From the NCBI GenBank assembly GCA_973895155.1, contig OZ316896.1, positions 11,398,795-11,462,794 of the forward strand: a stretch of 64,000 nucleotides of DNA, written 5' to 3'. This document shows positions 37,891 through 49,087 of this stretch, in pieces. A model generated the notes under the pieces. The model saw only the letters and a list, made by a program, of their open reading frames with translations, ran no database searches and had not been told where the DNA came from. The stretch comes from Marsupella aquatica. Taxonomy: Eukaryota; Plantae; Marchantiophyta. Made by a program: the position numbers and the translations under genes. How positions within the stretch are numbered: the first letter of the stretch is position 1; each line of letters begins with the position of its first letter.

Positions 37891-40800
37891 ATGGTCCGTC
37901 AACCACAGAGGATTGATTATCATCGAGTTGGGGCCAATATTACTGTAAGTCATATACGTACATACCATGACTTACAGGGTGCCCTCAACATGTCCCATGG
38001 GAGGGTGTTGGCTTGGCTGATGGATGGTATGTCCATGCAAATCATTGCTGCTATTAGCGCTCATCGTAGACGGGATGAAGAGGAACTAACAGCATTTGAG
38101 GGTCCCAAGGACTTTGGATGGATAAATGATGAACACCTTGCTAATGAAGAGGACTTGGGAACATTTGGGATCATTGCCGAGGTACTTTTTTCATTCTACT
38201 TTCAAGATTACTTTCTTTCACTAATCCTTGTTTTTCTATGTTCTCATTTGAGTACACCTATTCTAGCATCTTTTGTTCTGTATTTAAAAAATTGGGGTTA
38301 TCCAAAATGTAGAGGTTTTGTCTCTGGTATTGTTGTTGACACATGTTTTTATTTTTTTCTTGCAGCCATCTTGTGGTGCACTGTCATCCATTCCAAATGG
38401 TGATGAGTCCATTCCTAACGAGGCATCTCCTTCAAATGAAGAGCACGATAGTTCAGACTTGAACACTACTGCATTTGACCACATCGAGTCTGGGGAGGAG
38501 GATGCAGACCACATTCCGGATTCCAACATACACGTGGACATTGGTTCTATGATATCCAATTCCCAGGTAACTTTTTTTAGGGTTTTTAATCCATTTGCTT
38601 TGTGTTACATTTGTTCCATAAATAGACAAGTCATGCAAATGAGAAACTTTACTTTACATAAAAAATGCATTCATTTTATGTAAACCTTAGTGCCTTCAAC
38701 TAAGAAACAAATATTGCATCCTAAACTCTTAACAGATGTCAAATGAGGATAGAGCCATTCGTTTGCTGGAAGTGGCTGATCCAACTACATTTGGATTAGA
38801 CAATATGGTTTTCATGGATTGTGGATTTGAAGAGAATCACACTCAGGTATTGTATTTTTTAAATTCACAATGTTGTCCTTGAATGTCATTTGCATCAATT
38901 CATAGTTATAATTATATCTTTTCTATTGTGATAATTCTTTACATAGTTAACTAATTATTGTGTGCTTTTCTAGGCATCTACTTCTTCGGAGCAAGTAGAA
39001 GTTGACTCTAGTTTGGATTTTGAGTACGAGCCATCATCTCAAGAGAATACAAACGAGTCAGACCCGGAGAGTCAGATAGTGGAGTATGCTTTTTGGCAAA
39101 AAAGCAAGGTCCATGAATTTTTCCAGGAATTTTGTGTGCATTGCCGTGTTGAAGGTTGTGTTGGTAAGTATTCGGTTCAGGACATTGTGACCCACCATCA
39201 GTTATGGATATTGAAGTTAAAGTGCCCAACAGGGCATACACAATCTTTCATGACTGGAGAGAATGAACTTCATAGAGGTATGTCATCTGCTCAAATTAAT
39301 ACTATTGTTTTACTTTTGAACCAATCTTTTTTAATATTATGTGTTTCCTTTTTAAAAGTTTATAAAACCTTGTTTTATTGCTGAATATAGGTGTACCTGC
39401 AATCACTGGACTAATTTACCACTCCGCTCTCTCTGCTGGTCTAACACACAACATCATATGTGAACTATTCTCTCACATTCAAATCCATGTTCCAAGAAAC
39501 ACCCATTGGTTTCGATTTCAAAATGGAGCCCGAAGAGATATTGGATGGATTGCAGCAGTATTGCAAGTCTGGAATGATAAGAAACAAAGGTTGCAACAAA
39601 GCCTAGCAGAAAGAGATGGTAAGTCGATCTTCTCTATAGTGCAGCATTTGTTAGTTAGCGAGATTGATTGATGAATTTATGAATTTAGTATATATACTAG
39701 GTTATTAGAGCATGCATGTACATGTTGGTTTCTAAATATTATTTTGTGGAATTGTGATAATTGTAGGTTCCACTCCAATTATTTTATATGTGGATTGTCG
39801 TTGGGACTCATCACGTTCTGGATATCATGGCACTGTTCCTGTGATAGACGTGGCAACCAGTAAGGTAGTAGAGCTTGTAACAATTGATCGAGTTGAGGCT
39901 GGGAATTCAGGCGCTATTGAGGCAATTGGTGTTCGTCGTGCCTTGCAACATCTTCAGGATGTTGGAGTTACAATTAGTGAGGTTGTTCACGATGATAACA
40001 ACACAGTTGATGCTATTCTTCGTGAGCTCAATGTTGATAACTAGAAGGATCTATGGCACAAATGTAAGAATCTTCTGAAGCAGTTTAACAAAGAGCTAGC
40101 AAATGTGAAAGAAACAGCACCTGCTGGTGGGATTGATGGTGCAATATCCTTGCAAGAATTGAGCAGATTCACTGTTCAAGTGTTGTCAAATTGGTGCAAA
40201 ACCCAAAATTTGAGGCATACAGGTAATAAGACAGAGTTGGTGCAGCGCATTGGAAGACATAGAGGGCTTCCAGAGGAGGATATCACATTGCACACCAGGA
40301 GGCAATTGAAGTATCCAGAACTCACAGAGAAACAACTTGGTGATAAGTTGAAGAGTTGGTTCTACTATTGTTGCTGCAATGCAAAAGAAAGGTACTAGGA
40401 TGACAACTACAGTATCATGATTGCATTGAAATTAGCATGAGCAATGAACTATTTACTTATTTGAACTAAGCTAACTCTCAAATTATATTGTGATGACTAC
40501 TTACTATCAGGGGAAATGATGATGCTACCATGTTGGCTAGGGAGATCATCACAGCAGCTGATCATTGGGCCGGTAACCATGAACCTTGCAAACACTTTCT
40601 TCCTCGCAAGTGTTGTGAGGAAGGTGCAACTTATATGCCATACTATGCCACAGGTACTGTGTATTGATTATTAAATTTGGTTGTAACTTGTGTATTTATG
40701 AGATGAATAATGTGTTAGGATTATTAGCTAATCTTTTGCAATTTCTAATATTGTCAAATATATGTATTGTTGTGGATTTTGCAGAGGGTGCTACGCATAG

Positions 40801-41146
40801 AGCTTTGAAGCAATGGTTGCATAAGAACGTTACTGCAGTCAACGTTCGCTTCTACACTAGAGCCCGAGCTAACTTTTTTAGTGAAACATTTCATGGCAAC
40901 ATCAACAAATATGCTATGAAGAGGATTCACTTTTCCATGACTCATGAAGCCCGCATGGCATGTGCTGCAATGTGCTGGAATGAAAACATTGGCCGAGAGG
41001 TGATACGAGTTCGAACACGGCAGCCTAGTAATACTTGTACCCGTCAACGTACATCGAGGGTTCGTGACCTTGTTCCTAGAAGCATCAAGTGGAAGAAAGA
41101 CGTGGGCCATATCATATTTGGAAGAGGTGTAGACTATGATTTTTGA
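37891..41146 (+). pseudogene. DDE transposase of Kolobok/'Mutator-like' type, 8 exons, 754 codons, one in-frame TAG
   Basis: GT-AG exons 37891-38181, 38366-38566, 38736-38846, 38974-39277, 39391-39618, 39767-40391, 40511-40653 and 40785-41146 total 2265 nt in one frame. Motifs: Zn-ribbon CVHC..C...CPTGH; YVDCRWDSS..YHGTV; VVHDD; DLWHKCKNL; DHWAGNHEPC; SETFHGNINKYAMKRIHF; ARMACAAMCWNEN. Stop codon at 40042-40044. Confidence 0.85.
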
Positions 41147-41574
41147 TTTTTTATACATTTATTTTGGTTGAAAACTTCCACCCTTGTTGTGCATTTGACA
41201 TTTAGGACATATGTAAGTTGTAAGTTTTACTATATTCATTTGTCATATTTTGAGTCTCATATATTACCTGGCTTGCCATTTTTATATTTTTGGCAATAGA
41301 ATATATATTTGTAGGATGTGAAAGTTCGGGCTTAGCACCATCAATGAAAGTTATTAGTTATGTCACCGTATTTAAACGTTGGGGAATGGCCATGGACCAA
41401 GTGTTCCTTAATTACTTGCCCTGCCTATGATATAAGAGTAACATGTAGCATGGCATTTCATTGCAAAAAAAACTTAGTGGATACATTGCAAATACTTTTA
41501 ATAATTTAACAATACTCCAAAGGGGAATTGAACCCCTCATGCTGCCATCCAGTAGGAGTTCCAACCCAAAGGAG

Positions 41575-41962
41575 GGGAAGGAGGCACAAGCCAAACAAAC
41601 ACAAAAAACAAGTAGCACAAAGAACCCACACAATGATAATACTAGGAATAAACAAATATATATATTAAAAATCAGAACCTCAAAAAACCAAATGCGGAAA
41701 CCACGATGGTGTTTGCCTCACAAATCCCAAGGATTTAGCAGTGCAATTGGGAGAAAGAAGGAGGCACATGCCAAACAAAGAAAATGAAATAGTATAGTAG
41801 AACAAACAAAACTTGGGACAATAAGTAAGCATGGATGAAAACATAACTACAAAGCCTTAGAGCACTAAAGGCATACACCAACATGGTGTTTGCTTAGCAA
41901 CTCCCAAGTTATTTACACTTGCAGTTGGGAAAGGAAAGGAGGCACATGTGAAACAAACATGA
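41575..41962. repeat. ~180-bp period repeat (3 partial copies) between the two convergent stop codons
   Basis: AAGGAGGCACAWG..AAACAAA at ~41578, 41758 and 41936; ATGGTGTTTGC....CAA.TCCCAAG..ATTTA....TGCA.TTGGGA twice. Confidence 0.75.
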
Positions 41963-42052
41963 AAAAAACTGGTGAAAAAAAAACACATGAAAAATTAACT
42001 CAAGTGATGAAAGAACGATGATGAAATGATAAAAAAAACACAACTAAGAAAC

Positions 42053-42854
42053 CTAAAATCGGAAACCCACATGTTGTTCGCCCAGTAGTTCCCACGTGGA
42101 CTGCACTGCAGCTGTGACAGCTGCTGGGAAGGGTGTTCTCTCCGCAAAACTAGCAACACATGCTAGTTTGCGATACACAACATACCTTTGTCGACGAGGA
42201 ACAGTTTCAGTGTATGCCCATGCGGCACACATATGAAACGCTTCAGCCGTCACAAGGGAAAGAACCTGGGCAGAGTTGAGGTCGTGAAGGTTATCGTCTA
42301 TTGCTGTGCAAAAAACCGGGAACCTAGCAACTATGTCAGCATGCCTCAACAATCGGAATTTCCGACGTCCCGGTGGAGGAACAGGCCATGATAAGTGATA
42401 TATGTCATCTCCATAGGAGATCAACTCCGCCGGTCTCTTCTGATGCTGGGCACTCCTACAAAACATAGGAAATTGAACACATGTAGTTAGTATCCCTAGA
42501 AAAGTAAGCCAGGTAATTGTTGTTAGATGGAAGTTATATTGTACACCAAATTGAGCAACAACAAGCAAGGTTTATGCGTGCATGAAGGAAAGTCAATTAT
42601 AAACAAATTCACATATTTTGCCAAGGTAAGCAAACTATATGGATGCAAACTGGCCACACGGAAATGCAAACATGACCAAAGAAGAATATGAAGGATAAGT
42701 AGCAAGTTTTATGCATGCATAATTAATTGAGGGCCTTCGGTCAGTTGGAAGAGAAATTTAAAATTGTAGGCATGCTTGCTTGAATGTACCTTGAATTATT
42801 CATGCCGATTGCAAGGTGATAGATAACCCCTTCAATAACTGGGGTAAGTCTACT
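42053..42854 (-). CDS. KolX / P2X7 cytoplasmic-ballast-like protein (3' exons; 5' end unresolved)
   Basis: Exons 42854-42790 and 42455-42053 splice in frame (NSR|SAQ). The C-terminus RRQRYVVYRKLA...RTPFPAAVTAAVQSTW...EQHVGFRF* matches the R-x-x-x-Y-R...P...[YH]-x-G-F-[KR] terminal signature. Confidence 0.6.
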
Positions 42855-42890
42855 CTGAAGGGATGAGAACAACAGAACGGCAGATCGAAG

Positions 42891-43302
42891 AACCAAATGA
42901 GCGAACGACCAAGGAACAGAGCAAATGAGGCCGATCGAAGAACAAAATGAGCGAACGACCAAGGAACAGAGAAAATGAGCTACGTGAGTAGTTCGTGAGT
43001 AGTTCGTGAGTAGTTCAAGCATGCCCTTCTTCCTCTTCTTCCTGGAGTGTCCTAAGTAAACACAAGGACTAGGCTAGCGCACGACCAAGTTTAGCTAGTG
43101 TACTCGAAGCATGCCCGCCCTTCTTACTGGAGTCGCAAAGTGTTGAAAACAGTGAGAAGCGCGCAGTACAACCAACTACACAATTTTGGTCGTAAACCCA
43201 AAAAGCTAGAACCGATTATGGAAGTATAGAGCTGTGAACAAGCACAATAATTAGGCATGGGAACAAGCACAGTAGGCATGGGAACAAGCACAGTAGGCAT
43301 GG
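42891..43302. repeat. Short tandem repeats in the introns of the second element gene
   Basis: AAATGAGCGAACGACCAAGGAACAGAG x2; GTGAGTAGTTC x3; AGGCATGGGAACAAGCACAGT x2-3. Confidence 0.8.
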
Positions 43303-44936
43303 GCAAGGCGTTACTATGAGCGTCACTGGCCACAGTAGCGCAAATTGTTTGTTAATAGGATACTTGAATTGACACAGAGGATGGGCGCCCGGATGAGAGG
43401 CCAAGTAATTGAGTGTGATTGGCCATAGAAAGATTTGTAGCAGCATTCCGGATTTGCGTGTGGTTGATGCACTCGTCCACAGGTATACAAAGACCTGTGC
43501 AGAGAGTGTATTGGATAGATGTTGCCCAAGTAGTGGATTGACAGAATGGGAAAACTTGATGTTCACTTCCTATTATAACGAAGCGCAGGGGGCAATTGAG
43601 TTGAAGATCCTAAAATGAGCCAAACTAGTTATACTTTTCGGCTGGCAAGGTTGGTACACCATTTTGCAGAGTGAATGGTAATTAGAGCTTCAATGTAGAA
43701 TTCCTGAAAGTTGATCACAGGCACTGTCGTTACCTCGAGAGGGATTGAGAATTTTGACGCACTCTCTATTGGGCTAGTTGTGAGTCCCAGTAGCAGCATA
43801 TCGTGGTGGTCCATCCATTCAATTTCGGAGGGTTATAATCACAAGAGATCGAGCTTACTTGGTTGACTTAGTGTTATATGTCCTATTGTTTCAATAATCT
43901 CTATTGCGGTAGTCAATTCCTGCGGATTATAATCATGAAAGGGCTACTTTGACAGGATCAATGCTCTTATGAACAAAGAGGAGTGCGAAGGATCAATGCT
44001 CATACGATTTTGATCCTGTCGATGTTATCCGCAGAAGTCGCCACAAATAACAAATCCGTCCGAGGGAGAGAGGCGGGCGCTGGAAGGTTGCCTGTTGACG
44101 CACAGCATGGGGATGGCGGAGACCGCTCTCCTCTGATAGAATGACGAGATTCAATTAGAAGTGTTCGCCATGGTGGAAGCGCTTGCGCACATGGCAGTGA
44201 TGGTGGACATGTGGTGTCACTGGTGATTCATGTCAAGTGAATCTCTCGGCCAGGGATTTGGACCAGAAGCGGAGCGAGAAAGAGGGTTCTTCCGCAGTCG
44301 TTCTTGGCAGATCGATCAAGGTTGTGGTTGTTCATCAAGATCGGGGAGTTTGAGTGAGGTCTCACAGTCTTTCACCTTCGATCTCTGGCCTTTGCGGCGA
44401 CGACAGAAGAGGTACTTTAGAAGGGAGGGAGGGAATGCAAGAGTGTAAACGCGTTACATAGTAGTTGTTAGTTGCCCAAGCTGCTCATCAGTGAGAATTC
44501 ACGCCATGTTTGTGCTGTGGTGTGTAACTCAACTATTGCAACCTGCAATTACGGTGTGAACATATACTTACGTTTAGGGTCCTGAGCTCCCAAAGAGTCA
44601 TTTCCGTTCCTATTGACGTTCTTGTGTATCTCAATAGAAAGGTTCTCTACTTGCATTGAACGAAATGGACAGACGTGCTTGATCTTTTATGTCCTATTTT
44701 GAGTGCTCCTGCGCCAAATGAGTGCCCACTCCCACTGCCGACTATCATCACAAGAGATGCCGTGAAGGGACTCCACAATTCCTGCTCTAAGGCATCGAGC
44801 TCCGTTTGTGAAATCTGGTCACCTCACAATCATTTGAATCTGTAAAGTTGAGGTCGATGTGTGACATCGCTGATCAACTATGCTCTACACACACACGCAG
44901 CATGGGAGGAGTAAAGCATCTCTGCTCTGGACACTG

Positions 44937-45272
44937 GCCTAGGTGGGCGAGAGGGCTTGCCCACCTAGGCTTCTGAAAACTTGCACCCTCCGTAAAACGA
45001 GTAGACTCTGTGACAGGTGTAGAGGTGACCATACCAAAAAGTGACCCCGCCAAAAAGAATCGGGAATGCCCGGAGCTGAAAATTTGTCTATATTAAGAAA
45101 CCTGGTATAACCAGGTTTTTGTAGTGGACCCGAACATTATTTTTTATAGGGGTTAAAAAATATTGTAGTGGACCCGAACATTAGGGTCTAAAAATTGGAT
45201 TAAAAAGACCCTAATGTTCTTATAAGTCTCAAAATTGAATTTAAAAGACCCTATTGTTCTTCTACAAAAATT
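44937..45272. repeat. Cluster of hairpins / foldback relic
   Basis: GCCTAGGTGGGC...GCCCACCTAGGC (44937-44970); AAACCTGGT-ATA-ACCAGGTTT (45098-45118); TGTAGTGGACCCGAACATTA x2; GAACATTAGGGTCT versus AGACCCTAATGTTC inverted. Confidence 0.65.
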
Positions 45273-48200
45273 CTTAAGTCTTCCCTTAGAACCAATAAAA
45301 TGACCATATCCTTCGTCGCACGTGATATGCCATTTTTGTGGAAGTGAAACCCCCAAGGACAGTGGCGGTTTAAATCACAACTGCCTCCATATATGAAGGG
45401 AAGTGTCCATGACTTGTCCCTTTTTCACATTCCATTCACTTCTCTCCTCTAAGGTGCGCCACTCTTTTGGGAATATTTTACAGTTAAGAGTGAATTTTTG
45501 ACCCTGTGGATAACCCATCGCTCTTGAAGGGCAACTGTAGTATAAAAAAATATTCTAAGCATCCTGGTGTAAACACTGACTTTTCAGTATATGCATTATT
45601 TTAAAATAGAAACAGGAGAACAGATCTAGCTCCAATCTAATACTCCTCTAACTAATAAAGAGCAATGAAAAGCTATTTCCTGGCCCTACTATACACATAA
45701 TTGACCACGACTTTACCTCAGGACATAACTGAAAGTGTTTAGTGGGTTCATCTCTATTTATGTTCAGGTAATCAAGTCAGTTTGATCTGAGTTGGATAAT
45801 ACTGATGAGTCCACAAGTTATGTACTGTAGCGTTCATAACTATCCATACGAGAATTGGATTGAGGCCTCCCTGATTCCATTGAAGTCAAGGGATGGGATT
45901 CCATTGAAGTCAAGGTAAAAGGCATAAAAAAATTAAAGAAACCTGATGGTGGATCATGATGTTGACTTTGAGTTGAAATTTTCAGTCACCATTGATTTCA
46001 TGCACTGGAACCTCTGTTTCTTTAACTACTCTTTTGAGTTTTGAAAGCTGTTTGATGTACGTGTAAATTGCTCCACCAGGTATGACCTCTAGGGGAACTT
46101 TAGAAGAAGTCCACTGCAAGCGGACTCAATTTAATCAGGGTTACAAGTCCACCCAGGTTTTCTTGTATGACTAGTCCTCTAGGCCTCACCAATGCACGAA
46201 AACCAAAATAGTGGGGCTGACTTCTTCTATAGAGGGGACTGCCTGGGGACTTCCCACCTTAGTGGCTTGAAACAAGGGGCCTGTGGGAGCTCATTGTGGG
46301 CACTGATCAAGCACGACATTAATCAGCAGCCAATGCACCTACTGGGAATATCAACTTCAGGACACCCACCACACAGAATGACGAAAAACAGGGGGGACAA
46401 ACCACATCAGCAGAAAACTCCCTGGAATTGGTTGCCATGTAGGTTCAGTCGTTCCAAGAACAAAAGTTGCAGTGACACTTTCTAAAGCAAACTTAGCCCA
46501 GATCAGTGTGAACCAACAGTGTGAACCAACAGTGGAGATTCATTTCATGGGAGAAAAAAGATGCATAAACTGTTGCGGAAATCTTCTAAAATGCCCTGGT
46601 TATTTTTCTTGAGCAATTGGAAGTCTTTGGAATTATCCACTCAACTAAAGTCCCAACAGTAGACATGAGGCTCACATCATGACCAGCAGATGAATGTCAT
46701 CATTCTGTGGCATCCGAGTAATCTCTATATGAGATAAGTTAATTATCTTGTACCAACCATATGAATATTCTAATAACCAATAGTCTAGTAGTTTATCCCC
46801 TTTCTGTATTGTATCATCCAGTACTGGAAGCTTTACAATTGCTGCGGGCTCCCCTATCAGATTGACAGAATATGGCAAAACAATCAAAGTGAGATAAATT
46901 TGGTGCATAGTCAGATATGTCATTCCCAAGTCGGAATTGGGAACAAAGTTTGGGATGGTGTATCTGCCTAAGTATAGCAATCACTAAATCAAAATGACAA
47001 AATGTTTTCAGTTGCTCGCGGGTGAGCTTTTATATAATCAATAAAGTAGATAGTTTACCACCATCTATAGTGGGAGAAACTACGATTGGCTTCAGCAAGC
47101 TTCTTTCTTCTCTCCTGTTTCATTCGCATCGCAAATGAAGGCCGAAAGGGAGGAAAGGGTCCGATGAAATAAAACAAACAAAAAATATTTCTTACAAGTA
47201 AATGTAATGAGCGGGCAGTGTTCTGTTAGATGAACTCAGCTGAAAGCCAAAGCAAAACATATAGTATTCAGATTAAAAACCACACCTAAAGGTTATCCAT
47301 CTCACTCCTGAGGACTTATAGCTCAGGTTCTGCACCTTGAATCCAGCCACACACATCATGTAACACGTTTGCCCCTCTTCTATGGGAGTCCAAAATTCGT
47401 ATTTCTTAGAGTTGTTTTAGTAAAGCGGTTGGGTTTTGAGAAATTACAGGAAATTACCTTGACACTGTTTGCCCTACTTTATAATTTTCTTTAGAGCCTA
47501 ATGAACATGGGAAAAGAAGTGGGCTAATAGTCCAAAAGTTTTATTATTCTTTGGAAATGAGTGGTCTGGGATTTCATATGGCAAATTATACAATTGCATA
47601 ATTATCACTAAAGCCAATCCGATAGAAGATAACAATAGAAGTTACAATTGAGGAAACTGGTTTGGTGATGTAATTGAAACGGGCTACAAACAATAAGGAG
47701 TTAGTTTAGAGCTCACATTTCAGTCAAGCAATAAGGAGATAGTTTAGAGCTCACATTTCAGTCAAAAATGTAAATAGTCCGGGCTTTAGTTTCAGGTTTT
47801 AAACCGGGTCCTAGGATCGTGAATTAATGAAATGACACTAGTATTCAAAAATTCACTCAAAGAAATGATATCCTTACTCATATTATATTGTATTCTATTC
47901 TATCTATCCATGTGCAATGAATACTAAATTAAACAAGAATTATCAAAAATATGATTATTATGCTCTTTGGTGTATGATCGTGGACTCTATTCGAACTCAA
48001 TACTTTAACACATCACAAAAATAATCTAACAAGCGATAACCTTTCCTGTATAATATTGTGCTGTCGCTACATGGGAATCCGTGATCTGTATATGAATTCC
48101 TTCGTCGAACTGCGAGATTTCGGCTATGTCGTGCGACACATTTCCTCAGAAAACCTGCCTTTCGCACCTCCCAAGTTCTCGCCATCCATGCAGGACGGTG

Positions 48201-49087
48201 CCAGCTCTTCCTTCCATAGAACTTTCGCTCATCAGTCACTCGTCTCCTCATCTCCCCATCTCATCACCACCCTCGGCGGCTCGAATGGTGTCTCTGATAT
48301 TCGAGCAGTGAGTTGCTTTGAGCAATGGCCGCCGACATTGTCGTTCCTGAAGCGAAGCACTGAAGCAGGTGCTGTACTTCCTGGAAAGGACAGGGATCGA
48401 TGATGAATATGGAATCTGTCTGGGTCAGGCCAGGATGCTTCGTGTTGCGGCAATTGCTCCTCACTACTGGTGCCTTGCTGCTGCTGCTTGCCTGCAAATC
48501 AATCTCAAACCACCACCATAACTCCGCTTGTCAGGGTCGAGAAGAACCCGACCGATGAAGTTGTCGTTCCGGTATCATCAGTAGCTAGTCTGCCGGAGTC
48601 AGAGGACAAAACTCCGCTTTACATTATTAGAGTGCCACCAGTGACAAATGATTTTGAGACAACTTTTCCATCGTCATGAGGACGTTCAGGCTGCCTCGCG
48701 GTTGATGTTATTAGTCGAGTAGCTAGTCAACTATTAAGACTCTGGACCCACGTAGCTGGTCGATTGATTCATTCAATCGATTGATTCATTCAATCAATGC
48801 TGGGCACAGAATGCACTCGATCTGTAGCTGGACCTTTCCTTATTCCAGCCGTGGACAATCTGACTCAAGGAGTCGTTTGCAATAACGAAAAGCCACTCGA
48901 TTGTTGTGACAACCTGATGACACGCCGCTCATTCTCGAGGAACATATCTGCTGGCCATTCACTGGAGATCGACTTCATTTGCAGAAATCGTCAAGGTTGA
49001 CTCGAAATTTTGTAGGACGGTGGAAAAGAATTAAGATTTATCAACCGGCAAAGATCTTCGGTGGATTCTCTTATGTAATATCGAGTA

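Larger units (their letters stand above)
37891..43500. mobile_element. Putative Kolobok-like two-gene DNA transposon (termini not located; span is a minimum)
   Basis: Convergent transposase (+) and KolX/P2X7-ballast-like gene (-) about 900 bp apart. No TIR or TTAA target duplication was identified. Confidence 0.65.

Noticed and set aside
41521-41537. Perfect tRNA T-arm-like hairpin (AGGGG-TTCAATT-CCCCT on the minus strand)
   Set aside because: No D-arm, anticodon arm or acceptor stem can be folded around it.
43629-43814. VPVINFQE as the N-terminus of the 2OG dioxygenase, split from its last exon by the transposon
   Set aside because: The expected AC..WGFF...NHG block does not follow on either side of the element; the short match may be chance.
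33572-45126. CACTACAAG at 33572 and TTTTGTAGTG at 45117-45126 as CACTA termini around the transposase
   Set aside because: Only 8 bp match, the flanks (TAT versus GAC) give no 3-bp target duplication, and the transposase lacks CACTA/TnpD motifs.
44000-48700. Short ORFs (for example 46672-46980 and 48056-48403) as genes
   Set aside because: No recognisable motifs or consistent exon chain; the lengths are expected by chance. The same applies to antisense ORFs overlapping the real genes.
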